Source: Treponemataceae bacterium
GTDB taxonomy: Bacteria; Spirochaetota; Spirochaetia; Treponematales; Rectinemataceae
NCBI GenBank assembly: GCA_963667725.2
Contig: CAXXHO010000003.1
Location: 32,001 to 96,000, forward strand
DNA: 64,000 nucleotides
Direction: 5' to 3'
Below the pieces are notes generated by a model that saw nothing but the letters and a program-made list of their open reading frames with translations, did no database searches and was not told the origin of the DNA. Shown here piece after piece: positions 36,905 through 45,550 of the stretch. A program made the position numbers and the translations under genes. Within the stretch, counting starts at the first letter, position 1; every line of letters begins with the position of its first letter.

Positions 36905-37882
36905 TTACTGCGCGGTCACCGTAAAGGAGATGGAATCCGAATACTGGCCGGCTGTGTAATCTTGGATGTTCCCTACAGTGATCGACGCCGCGTACTCACG
37001 TGTGCCTGTTCCAGTGGGGCGTTCCATCGATGCGACCGTGTAGGGAGCGCTACTCACCGTGATCGGCGATCCGCCGATAGTAAAAGTGTAGGGGATTGTC
37101 TCGGTGACATTGGCGTTAACATGTTTGAGTTCGCCGCCATGTCCGGTCGGGGAACTCACGCTCAGCGAGTAGCGGAAATTGGATTTTACGCTCACCCTGA
37201 AGCTGCTGGTCGTCGTCGACGCCACATCGTTGAAGACTACCGATGAGATTGTCGTGCTTCCGGATGTGCCTGAAAGGAAGCCAATCGTCGCCGAGGGGGC
37301 CACGACGAATTTGATATAGACCGTCTGCGTATCAACGGGCTGCGTACTAGGATTTCTGTAAGATCTGAAGCGCTCGTTTCGGACTCGGAAGGTGATCGGA
37401 AGTTGATAAGTCCCCGCCGACAGCGAGGAATTGTTCCAGAAGACCGCGTAATACTGGAATGATGTGGTGGAACCGACAGTCGCGGATCCATTTGGAAATG
37501 CGTAGGTATACACATTGCTGCTACCGACGCCGATGTCCGATCCCCACATTTTTATGACATTCCCGCTGGTGGATTGGCTAAAGAAGACTTCAGAGTTGTC
37601 TATATACGTCGAGCTGTCACTACTCGTCCCTATATAAATCCAATCGGAGTTGCGAGGGTAGGGAGAGTCGGCTTTCGGGGAGAGGTCCACGGTGATATTC
37701 GTTACCGTGGAATAGTTTTTAGTCACGGTGATAGTACCCGTGACCCAGGTTGGGGTTCCCGCGTTGTCGTAGATGACGATGGCTGGGCTCTCTGCCGAAA
37801 GCAGAACGGTCTGCGCCCCCGCTGTCCAGGTCGCTGTCGCGATCATCATCGCGATTAGCAAATACTTTTTATATATGGTCAT
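36905..37882 (-). CDS. Two-domain pilus tip/adhesin candidate (CsuE/spore-coat-U-like)
   Basis: Signal peptide; two beta-rich domains ending AGTYQLPITFRV and AGQYSDSISFTV; last gene after the usher. Confidence 0.65.
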   Translation of the reverse strand: MTIYKKYLLIAMMIATATWTAGAQTVLLSAESPAIVIYDNAGTPTWVTGTITVTKNYSTVTNITVDLSPKADSPYPRNSDWIYIGTSSDSSTYIDNSEVFFSQSTSGNVIKMWGSDIGVGSSNVYTYAFPNGSATVGSTTSFQYYAVFWNNSSLSAGTYQLPITFRVRNERFRSYRNPSTQPVDTQTVYIKFVVAPSATIGFLSGTSGSTTISSVVFNDVASTTTSSFRVSVKSNFRYSLSVSSPTGHGGELKHVNANVTETIPYTFTIGGSPITVSSAPYTVASMERPTGTGTREYAASITVGNIQDYTAGQYSDSISFTVTAQ

Positions 37883-37956
37883 AACAGCTCCTTGCCCGCA
37901 TTTCATACTTAAAATAAGCCCATTCCCCCAAATAGACAATATGCTTGCCCATCGGT

Positions 37957-40431
37957 TCACCCTCCCGAACCGATGGTCGCGACGACGTCGCCCAATTCAA
38001 GTGTTCCATCGGGCGCATCCGTGAGCGTGAGAACCGTCGTACCAATGGCGTCCGGCCAGAGTATCTTGTACTCGCCTGGAGAAAGTCCGTAGATTTGGAA
38101 ATAGCCGGTATCGTCGGTGAAGGTCTGATCCGAGAACGATCCATCCGATTTCTCGACATCACCCGCCGTGTAGGTAATCGGGTCGCCTGCTTCGTTGACC
38201 AGCCTGCCTGTCACATAGAATCGTTTCTCGAGTCCCGCCTTGAAGAGGAAGCCAGTTCGATACCCCGAGGAAAGGGCGATTTGCGGTATCGTCGCCGATA
38301 CGTCGGCATCGGCTTCCGGGAAGTCCATGGAGGCACGCGCTTGATGATAGGAACTGAGCGGGGATGCCACTGGCGTTCCATAGCTCATGAACTTTGTTCC
38401 CGAATCGACGGCGAAGGCTACCGCCATGCCTTTTGTGGACTTGTCCGGATTGAAGATGATGAAGGAATCATAGATAGGTTTCGAAATCGCGAAAGACCCG
38501 TCAGCGAACGCGAGCGCCGTTGCCAAGCCCAGGTTAACGGTGCCCATCGGAGACGCGAGCTTGGAGCCGTAGCTTATGCCGCTGCCTCCCGAAACTGAGA
38601 AATAGGGCGTACTGAAACCGGAACTGATAGAGATCGAGGATGGGTCGTCCACGCCTCCCGCCAGATTGGTTCCCTGTATCCCAAATCCTATACCCCCGAG
38701 CGGTGGATAGACATCGCTATAGGTAACCGTATTGCCCCCTTCCGCCGACTGAGTCAGCCCGATCTGTCTTCCGGATTTCTGCGGATCCGAGGCGGTGAGG
38801 GAGAACGACGCTGTCAACGCGGGGCTTTTGCCTGTGGCAAATTCCATACCTGAACTGATGCTGAATGACGCGTTCTTGGCGGTGGAGAACCCAAGATTGA
38901 GAGAAGCGACTCCTCTGTCGGCTACGGTGCCCGTCAGCGTACGATTCCATTGGCCCGAGAGCCCAAAGGAGATATTCTTTGAAATTGATCCGCCGATGCT
39001 GCCCGACACGTTCACGTAGGCTTCGGGCAGGACGACCGTGGAGAGAGGTTGCGGCGCGGTGAATCCCTCCGAAGCGTAGGCGAAGGAGAGCCCGAAGGCT
39101 GGGGTGCTGGTCTTCCCTGGTTTGGAAAAATGATATTCCATATTCGCGGCGAAGGCTATCGGCTTCGATCGTCCATCCCAGGCGTAGAGGGAATTGGCGC
39201 CCAGTATGAACCCGCCAATATCGGTGCCTACCACAGCGCCCAGCCCTGCAAGCAGCGAGCGGCGGTCCGCTTGGAGGTTGGTAGAGAGGGTGAGTGCCGA
39301 GGCAAGGCCGTATCGGAAATAGACTGAAGCGATAGGTTGGTCAATTTCGGAACGTCCCACGCCCGCGGAAAGGCCGTAATCCCATTTACCGCCGACGAGG
39401 AGGCCGGTTTCCGCTGTGATGTATTTGGTTACTGGCTTATAAATCGCGACCCCGTCGTTAGTCTCTCCGTCCTGCACCTCGAGTTCGAACTGATTGAGGC
39501 CATACGCGAAAGGAAGATCGTATATCCTGTAATTGCCCCTATCCAGTTTCAGAACTCTTATGACCGACCCGTTTATCCTGAATCTCACCGTCGAGGGTTT
39601 CTGCAGCGTGAAAGCCACAGAAGGCGAATAATTTCTGTCATAGCGGCTGAAGGTTTCAACATTATGCAGTGATACGCCGTAGATTTCCGGTCTCGATTGC
39701 TGGGCGGTACCTTCGCCCGATATCATTCCGGCATAAAGCCGGCCTTCGATTTTGGGGAAGTCGTAAACTGCGCGGGCGCTGTTCAGCGACCATGAATACG
39801 ATGGGGCCGAATAGGACATCGATCCGCTCGATTCGAGCGCCAGTGACCAGAGGTTGAGAAGACCATCGGCGGTTATTGATACCGGCAATGTGGATCCGGT
39901 ATTTTTTATCGTGGCTGTACCGCTCGCGTTGAAATTGATGACGCCGGCGATAGATGCCGGTTTCAGCCAATTCTTATCTTCAAGGACAGTGTTGGGCGAA
40001 AAATCTAATTCCCTCAGAGAGGAATACTCTCCTGGCGTTACAATGGAGTAGCTGAGCGTTTCCATCTCCCAGACGCCCTTAAGTCCAGCTGCTTCAAGAT
40101 CGGCAATTCCAGCCCATTCCAGCTTCGAGAGAATGATGTTGAATATTCTATCTTGCTGGGTGACTGACAGAGCCTGTGAAAGAGCTTCGTGGAGTACCGA
40201 GACCCTTATGAAAGGATCCTCCATATCTATTTTCGCCTCAACATCGCCGTAGCGTTTTCCGTTGACGTTGAGCGCGACGATAGCTTCGCCCTCCGGAATG
40301 GGATTTAGGTTTTGTTCGAGGGGCAAAATCGCGGAAGACTCTTGCTGCGTGGCTGCGTCCGCTTCGAAAGACCCCGCTATGAGGAGTATCGCGGCGAACA
40401 AAAACGGTAAAAAGCTATTCGATCTCCGCAT
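37957..40431 (-). CDS. Fimbrial usher (outer-membrane assembly platform)
   Basis: About 820 aa; signal peptide; PSTVRFRING..L..GNY.I.DLP..YGLN plug motif; YFRYGL; amphipathic beta strands; FTDDTGYFQIYGL C-domain; coupled to the chaperone gene. Confidence 0.8.
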   Translation of the reverse strand: MRRSNSFLPFLFAAILLIAGSFEADAATQQESSAILPLEQNLNPIPEGEAIVALNVNGKRYGDVEAKIDMEDPFIRVSVLHEALSQALSVTQQDRIFNIILSKLEWAGIADLEAAGLKGVWEMETLSYSIVTPGEYSSLRELDFSPNTVLEDKNWLKPASIAGVINFNASGTATIKNTGSTLPVSITADGLLNLWSLALESSGSMSYSAPSYSWSLNSARAVYDFPKIEGRLYAGMISGEGTAQQSRPEIYGVSLHNVETFSRYDRNYSPSVAFTLQKPSTVRFRINGSVIRVLKLDRGNYRIYDLPFAYGLNQFELEVQDGETNDGVAIYKPVTKYITAETGLLVGGKWDYGLSAGVGRSEIDQPIASVYFRYGLASALTLSTNLQADRRSLLAGLGAVVGTDIGGFILGANSLYAWDGRSKPIAFAANMEYHFSKPGKTSTPAFGLSFAYASEGFTAPQPLSTVVLPEAYVNVSGSIGGSISKNISFGLSGQWNRTLTGTVADRGVASLNLGFSTAKNASFSISSGMEFATGKSPALTASFSLTASDPQKSGRQIGLTQSAEGGNTVTYSDVYPPLGGIGFGIQGTNLAGGVDDPSSISISSGFSTPYFSVSGGSGISYGSKLASPMGTVNLGLATALAFADGSFAISKPIYDSFIIFNPDKSTKGMAVAFAVDSGTKFMSYGTPVASPLSSYHQARASMDFPEADADVSATIPQIALSSGYRTGFLFKAGLEKRFYVTGRLVNEAGDPITYTAGDVEKSDGSFSDQTFTDDTGYFQIYGLSPGEYKILWPDAIGTTVLTLTDAPDGTLELGDVVATIGSGG

Positions 40432-41167
40432 CGAAGGCACCCTCGTAGGTTGCTCCTATCACCGCAGCCTCCCAGGGCACGAAAAAAGTTCTCTCCGACA
40501 AGGCCAAAATGTTCTGCCCGTCGATGCCGGCGGCAGCCTCGCCAGAAAACTCCCTCGGGGTCGATCCCGAGCTTTCATTGATACGGATCATAGGATTCGA
40601 GAGAAGGGCATGTTTTGTCCCTTCGTTTTTAACGGTCACCTGAAGTCCGGCTTTTCCGTCCTTCTGGGCGCCGACAGCTTGCGAAAAAATGAGTTTGGGC
40701 GACGCGTTCTTCGGCGTCACGTACAGCGCGGCCACGTAAGTCAGCAGAATGCTCACTCCCGAAGTCGCCGACTTGGTGAAATCGACCGGCAGCTGCTCGG
40801 CGATGACCCTGAAGGCGCTTTCGCTGGCGATGGCGGGACTGCCTCGGTACTGCACCTTGACGTTCTGGGAGCTATTGGCTTTCAGCACCACGCGGGAAGG
40901 GAACACCAAAAAGAGTTTGTCGGCGGGTTCGTTCTTCTCGACGCCGGAAGCGTCGATCGTTCTCGTGGTCACCTTTATGGATACAGCCGTTTGCTGGTCC
41001 GATTCGTTCGTCACTTTATAGGTCATTACGGCGTTCGCGCCCGACGGAGCTATCGACACCGTCATCGGCGAAAAGGAAAACGCGGCTGCCGTGGCAGCCG
41101 CGCTCACCAGAAACACAGCCACAATGATGAATGAACGAAGCTGTTTTGCCGTGTTTACGTTTTTCAT
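40415..41167 (-). CDS. Periplasmic pilus chaperone (PapD/CsuC-like), copy 1
   Basis: FSFSPM, VFPSRVVL..Q.VKV, ESAFRVIAEQLP, ALYV.P, NEGTKH. Confidence 0.85.
   Translation of the reverse strand: MKNVNTAKQLRSFIIVAVFLVSAAATAAAFSFSPMTVSIAPSGANAVMTYKVTNESDQQTAVSIKVTTRTIDASGVEKNEPADKLFLVFPSRVVLKANSSQNVKVQYRGSPAIASESAFRVIAEQLPVDFTKSATSGVSILLTYVAALYVTPKNASPKLIFSQAVGAQKDGKAGLQVTVKNEGTKHALLSNPMIRINESSGSTPREFSGEAAAGIDGQNILALSERTFFVPWEAAVIGATYEGAFDAEIE
40416..41096 (+). repeat. 681-bp direct repeat, copy 1 (mature chaperone coding region)
   Basis: Reads identical to 42512-43192 (offset 2096). Confidence 0.9.
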
Positions 41168-41186
41168 TGCGATCCTCGTAGAAAAA

Positions 41187-41726
41187 TCAGTTTGCAGCGA
41201 CAGTCACGTGGAGAACGTCCTGGTAGTTAGCGGCATCCCAATCGGCACCGGCAGCGATACCAACAACATTCACGCCGTAGACAAATGCCTGGCCGCTCAC
41301 GCCGCCAGTTGTCTTCGCAGTGAACGTCGCGGTGAGCGCAGATCCAGCGCTTATCGGAACTGTTTGCGCGACGATTTTCTCGGCAGCAACCGTTGCAGCG
41401 CTGTTGAACGTGAAGGTGTAGGGGATCGTCGTCACATTCGCGCCGGTAACGTAAGTAGTTCCGTTCCACTGCGTAAGAACGCCCTTTTCCGCATACACTT
41501 TAAACGTCCACGAAGAATGGTTGCTTCGGATCATCGCCGTATCCGAGTCTGACCCGCCGGTCACCACATCGAGAGTACCCAGCGCGAGATTAGGAGCGGA
41601 AAGAATATACACGTGCTTGCCAACATTGGCAGCAACAGTGATATCCTGGCTCTGCGTCGCCGTCTGAGCGCTCACGAAACCGAACCCTGCAAGAACCAAA
41701 AGACCTACGATTACCAACTTTTTCAT
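41187..41726 (-). CDS. Pilin subunit P1 (179 aa, spore-coat-U/Csu-like)
   Basis: Signal peptide; RSNHSSW; IPYTFTF; AANYQDVLHVTV. Confidence 0.7.
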   Translation of the reverse strand: MKKLVIVGLLVLAGFGFVSAQTATQSQDITVAANVGKHVYILSAPNLALGTLDVVTGGSDSDTAMIRSNHSSWTFKVYAEKGVLTQWNGTTYVTGANVTTIPYTFTFNSAATVAAEKIVAQTVPISAGSALTATFTAKTTGGVSGQAFVYGVNVVGIAAGADWDAANYQDVLHVTVAAN

Positions 41727-41819
41727 ATGAGACTCCCTTGCTGCCGCGGCTTTGCCGCGACGTACTTTTTTATCAGGGCAGTTCCTTTTAAAGGGAACAG
41801 ACCCTAATTTATTACTTAC

Positions 41820-41848
41820 ATAATACTTATCGGGCTGATGATTGTCAA
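41820..41848 (-). promoter_or_regulatory. Sigma70 promoter TTGACA-N17-TATTAT for P1-chaperone-usher-adhesin
   Basis: Near-consensus hexamers with 17-bp spacer. Confidence 0.7.
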
Positions 41849-41898
41849 TACTGAGAAATTATGAAAAAAGTGACGCTTTTAAAATAGGAACAGGCTTT

Positions 41899-42438
41899 TT
41901 AATTGACGCTAAGAGAAACGTGGAGGACATCGCGATAGTCGCCGGCGCCCCAATCGGAACCTTCGGCTATTCCTGTCACTTCGACGGAATAGTCGAATGG
42001 CTCCCCGTTGGCGCCATATTTTGTTTTCTCGCCGAAGGTGGCGACAAGTTCAGTTCCAAGCGCAGTTGGGACGGTTTGGGCAATTATTCTCTCCGCAGGA
42101 TTGGCCGCCGTGCTATTGAACGTGAAGGTATAGGGAATCAAATCCCCGCCGGATACATAGCTCGAAGTGAGCGCATCCCATTCCGCGAGCGCCCCCTTTT
42201 CGGCATAGACCCTGAATCGCCAGGAAGAATGATTGCTTCTGATAACGATGGTTCCGGTGGCCGTATTCAAGCCTGTGGTGCTGAGCGGACCGAAAGAAAG
42301 ATCCTGAAGCGATAGAATGTAAATATGCTTTGAGACATTGGAAGTAACCGTTATATCGGTATCCTCGGAGGCTGTCTGAGCGCTGAGATATCCAACACAA
42401 GCCAGACACAGAAAAAACCACACCATCAACTTTTTCAT
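41899..42438 (-). CDS. Pilin subunit P2 (179 aa), close paralogue of P1
   Basis: KHIYILS, RSNHSSW, YAEKG, IPYTFTFNS, AGDYRDVLHV; start MKKLMV with SD AAGGGG. Confidence 0.7.
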   Translation of the reverse strand: MKKLMVWFFLCLACVGYLSAQTASEDTDITVTSNVSKHIYILSLQDLSFGPLSTTGLNTATGTIVIRSNHSSWRFRVYAEKGALAEWDALTSSYVSGGDLIPYTFTFNSTAANPAERIIAQTVPTALGTELVATFGEKTKYGANGEPFDYSVEVTGIAEGSDWGAGDYRDVLHVSLSVN

Positions 42439-42510
42439 ATAGAGCCCCTTTTCGCGGCGGCATCGCGACCACATGCTACATATGTTTTGTTTTCGTCAAC
42501 CATGACGGCA

Positions 42511-43257
42511 TTATTCGATCTCCGCATCGAAGGCACCCTCGTAGGTTGCTCCTATCACCGCAGCCTCCCAGGGCACGAAAAAAGTTCTCTCCGACAAGGC
42601 CAAAATGTTCTGCCCGTCGATGCCGGCGGCAGCCTCGCCAGAAAACTCCCTCGGGGTCGATCCCGAGCTTTCATTGATACGGATCATAGGATTCGAGAGA
42701 AGGGCATGTTTTGTCCCTTCGTTTTTAACGGTCACCTGAAGTCCGGCTTTTCCGTCCTTCTGGGCGCCGACAGCTTGCGAAAAAATGAGTTTGGGCGACG
42801 CGTTCTTCGGCGTCACGTACAGCGCGGCCACGTAAGTCAGCAGAATGCTCACTCCCGAAGTCGCCGACTTGGTGAAATCGACCGGCAGCTGCTCGGCGAT
42901 GACCCTGAAGGCGCTTTCGCTGGCGATGGCGGGACTGCCTCGGTACTGCACCTTGACGTTCTGGGAGCTATTGGCTTTCAGCACCACGCGGGAAGGGAAC
43001 ACCAAAAAGAGTTTGTCGGCGGGTTCGTTCTTCTCGACGCCGGAAGCGTCGATCGTTCTCGTGGTCACCTTTATGGATACAGCCGTTTGCTGGTCCGATT
43101 CGTTCGTCACTTTATAGGTCATTACGGCGTTCGCGCCCGACGGAGCTATCGACACCGTCATCGGCGAAAAGGAAAACGCGGCTGCCGTGGCAATAGAAAC
43201 GATAAGATAGAAAGCAACCGCCATGAGTGAACGTTTGCCCAAAGGGAATCTTCTCAT
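42511..43257 (-). CDS. Pilus chaperone, copy 2
   Basis: Mature sequence identical to copy 1; different signal peptide and stop codon. Confidence 0.85.
   Translation of the reverse strand: MRRFPLGKRSLMAVAFYLIVSIATAAAFSFSPMTVSIAPSGANAVMTYKVTNESDQQTAVSIKVTTRTIDASGVEKNEPADKLFLVFPSRVVLKANSSQNVKVQYRGSPAIASESAFRVIAEQLPVDFTKSATSGVSILLTYVAALYVTPKNASPKLIFSQAVGAQKDGKAGLQVTVKNEGTKHALLSNPMIRINESSGSTPREFSGEAAAGIDGQNILALSERTFFVPWEAAVIGATYEGAFDAEIE
42512..43192 (+). repeat. 681-bp direct repeat, copy 2
   Basis: Reads identical to 40416-41096. Confidence 0.9.
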
Positions 43258-43361
43258 AATAAATCCTTTTAAATCTCTACCTAATGCCTAATCGATTTTA
43301 CCCATGATGTCAATTATCTGGCGCTAGTTATTTATCGGATCAATGAATGTAAAAAATTATG

Positions 43362-43390
43362 AAAAAAGCGGCCACGATAAGCGGCCGCTT
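43362..43390 (-). terminator. Rho-independent terminator after pilin P3
   Basis: Minus strand AAGCGGCCGC-TTATC-GTGGCCGC-TTTTTT. Confidence 0.7.
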
Positions 43391-43414
43391 CGAAGAAGGC
43401 TAAAGGGGGTTCAA

Positions 43415-43987
43415 TTAATTAGTCGTAATCTTGACGTTTACAGTGTCGGTGTACACGCCGGCGTCCCAGAATTCTTCAGCATCTTGGGCGGTGATGGCTA
43501 TTTTCATGTCGACCGCTTCGCCAGCTATTAATGTTTTGCCAGTCTTTTCATAATATCCATCGCCGGAAGTAGGATAATTGTCATCAGGAAGGGTGACATA
43601 TCCCTCATTCCAGTCATGGGCTCCGGAGACTTTTACAAAGGCGAAGGTGTAGGGGATATCGACAGTCATCGTTGCGCCCACAGGATCATCACTTGTATCA
43701 CGAACTAACTTGCTTCCATTATCAGAATAGACTTGAACAATCCACTTCTTGTAGTTCGTCGTAATGGTAGCGGTGGCAACTTTATGAGCAGATACACCAG
43801 CTGATAAAAGGGTAAACTCGTTTCCGTCAGTGCCAGTAACGGGATCAATCGCTAATGCAACGTATTTGTTTACATGAGCGGTAAGATCAAGAGTATCGCT
43901 TGCTGTGGTGACCGGTGCCGCAGGCTGGGCAAAAGAAAAACCAACGGCGATTAAGGTAAAAAGAAACACAATACCAAACTTTTTCAT
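43415..43987 (-). CDS. Pilin subunit P3 (190 aa)
   Basis: Start MKKFGIV with SD AGAGG; TTNYKKW..VYSDNG; IPYTF; AGVYTDTVNVKI. Confidence 0.7.
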   Translation of the reverse strand: MKKFGIVFLFTLIAVGFSFAQPAAPVTTASDTLDLTAHVNKYVALAIDPVTGTDGNEFTLLSAGVSAHKVATATITTNYKKWIVQVYSDNGSKLVRDTSDDPVGATMTVDIPYTFAFVKVSGAHDWNEGYVTLPDDNYPTSGDGYYEKTGKTLIAGEAVDMKIAITAQDAEEFWDAGVYTDTVNVKITTN

Positions 43988-44077
43988 ATAACACCTCTTT
44001 TGCGGGTTAATCCGCAAACTTACTTTTTTCGGATAGGTTATCCAAAAATGGGTAGCCAATCCTTTTTCTTTGCAGTT

Positions 44078-44106
44078 ACTATAATTCCTACACATAAAAC
44101 TGTCAA
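44078..44106 (-). promoter_or_regulatory. Sigma70 promoter TTGACA-N17-TATAGT for P3
   Basis: Near-consensus hexamers with 17-bp spacer. Confidence 0.7.
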
Positions 44107-44152
44107 TACTCAAGCACAAAAAAATTGTTAAAAACAAATAATTCGAAAAAAT

Positions 44153-44656
44153 CTACGAAATCGTCACCGTGATCGTCACGATATCGCTGTAGGTGTCGGC
44201 GACGACTGGTTGGTCAAGATCTTCAAGTCGAGTGTAGCTTATGCTTACCGGGTATTCCACGGTCGCTTTCGCCACGAGCGTGGAGTAGGTCATCTCAAAG
44301 TCGGATGACAGGTCGATTCGGTCAACTGTCCCGAATCCCATTGTATACGGATAAAGATCGTTGTTTCCCGGGGTTTTTCCCGACAGTTTGCCGGCATTTT
44401 TGGAGTTGATGCTTATCGTCCAGATACCCTTCGTATTCGTGTAGACAATCACTTTGCCGAGATAAGCCGTGTTGGCGTTGACCAAATCCACAGTTTCTAT
44501 GTCGGTCATATCGGTGCTTAGCGTGAATACGGTCGGGACGATGCCCTGTATTTCCGTGGTCAAAACTTTAGTGGTCTGGGAATATGTCCCAAACGCGGCA
44601 GCGAGGAAAAGGAAAAACGCCAATACTTTTTTTATTGTCATAGTTGTTATACTCAT
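44153..44656 (-). CDS. Pilin subunit P4 (about 167 aa)
   Basis: YTNTKGIW...SKNAG; YPYT; ADTYSDIVTITV. Confidence 0.65.
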   Translation of the reverse strand: MSITTMTIKKVLAFFLFLAAAFGTYSQTTKVLTTEIQGIVPTVFTLSTDMTDIETVDLVNANTAYLGKVIVYTNTKGIWTISINSKNAGKLSGKTPGNNDLYPYTMGFGTVDRIDLSSDFEMTYSTLVAKATVEYPVSISYTRLEDLDQPVVADTYSDIVTITVTIS

Positions 44657-44740
44657 TGATAGAAACTTCGAATCGATTCATCCAGAGGGGCGATAATCAA
44701 CTGGTGAGTGTCGCCCCTCTCTTTGTCACCCTGAGACTTC

Positions 44741-45199
44741 TCAGAGGGTGGCAACTGTGATGGTAATCGTGTCCTTGTAGGTATCCGCCGCGAGGCCCAG
44801 CGAAGAAGCCGTGGCATAATAAGCGGTCAAGGGATAATTGAGCACGCCGGTGCCAGTGATCGTGGCTGTCCTATCGGCGGAGAGCGACAGGTTGTTAATG
44901 GAGGCGATGGACACTGTGTAGTCGTAGTGATTTGAGAGCGACTCGCCTTTCATATACCCGCCATTAAGAGAGTGAACGGTGATTGTCCAGCTGCCTGTGG
45001 TGTTCGAGGTTATCGTGACTGAACCTAGGCTTGCCTGGGTCGCGGTAACATCGATCGTCGTGGTGGCGGGCAGGTCGCCGGTTACTCCCACGCTCGCTCC
45101 AACGACGGCGATGATCTGGGTGCTTGAAGTGTTGCCTGCAGAAAATACGGGTGTTGACGCAAGAAGGGCAACAATGGCAAACAGTACAAACTTTTTCAT
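44741..45199 (-). CDS. Pilin subunit P5 (152 aa)
   Basis: TSNTTGSW..VHSLNGG; YDYT; ADTYKDTITITV; SD AGAGG. Confidence 0.7.
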   Translation of the reverse strand: MKKFVLFAIVALLASTPVFSAGNTSSTQIIAVVGASVGVTGDLPATTTIDVTATQASLGSVTITSNTTGSWTITVHSLNGGYMKGESLSNHYDYTVSIASINNLSLSADRTATITGTGVLNYPLTAYYATASSLGLAADTYKDTITITVATL

Positions 45200-45245
45200 A
45201 ATACCTCTTTTGGGCGGATTGTCGCCCGACTTTTATCTTTATCAT

Positions 45246-45275
45246 ATAATATGAACGGATGGAGCGATATGTCAA
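45246..45275 (-). promoter_or_regulatory. Sigma70 promoter TTGACA-N18-TATTAT for P5-P4
   Basis: Hexamer matches upstream of P5. Confidence 0.6.
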
Positions 45276-45424
45276 TAGTTCGGATAGTACTTCTTTATGC
45301 TTTTTTCTGAATACTTTGAGCGGCAAGAATGATATATCGAGGAGAAAAACTTCTTGACATGATCGGGGCTGGCAGGATATATCTTCACCGTGTCCTGCCC
45401 GTAAATGGGTAGCTTTAGGGATTT

Positions 45425-45498
45425 GGGCGGTTAGCTCAGTTGGTTAGAGCACCAGTATGACACGCTGGGGGTCGCAAGTTCGACTCTTGCACCGCCCA
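45425..45498 (+). tRNA. tRNA-Val(GAC)
   Basis: Cloverleaf with GGGCGGT/ACCGCCC acceptor stem, anticodon loop ATGACAC, TTCGA T-loop; no encoded CCA. Confidence 0.93.
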
Positions 45499-45506
45499 TA
45501 ATCGTC

Positions 45507-45543
45507 AAAGGCCGTCAACGATGAAATCGCTGACGGCCTTTTT
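45507..45543. terminator. Probably bidirectional terminator between tRNA-Val and the OmpA-domain gene
   Basis: AAAGGCCGTCA...TGACGGCCTTTTT. Confidence 0.75.
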
Positions 45544-45550
45544 CTATAAT

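Noticed and set aside
41727..41815. c-di-GMP riboswitch in the pilin P1 leader (contains GGCAAA)
   Set aside because: I could not find the GNRA-tetraloop/receptor two-stem arrangement; an Rfam search would settle it
40262..43230. Duplicated plus-strand ORFs (40262-41134, 42487-43230) as a possible insertion sequence
   Set aside because: They are the antisense of the chaperone copies; no transposase motif, terminal inverted repeats or target duplication
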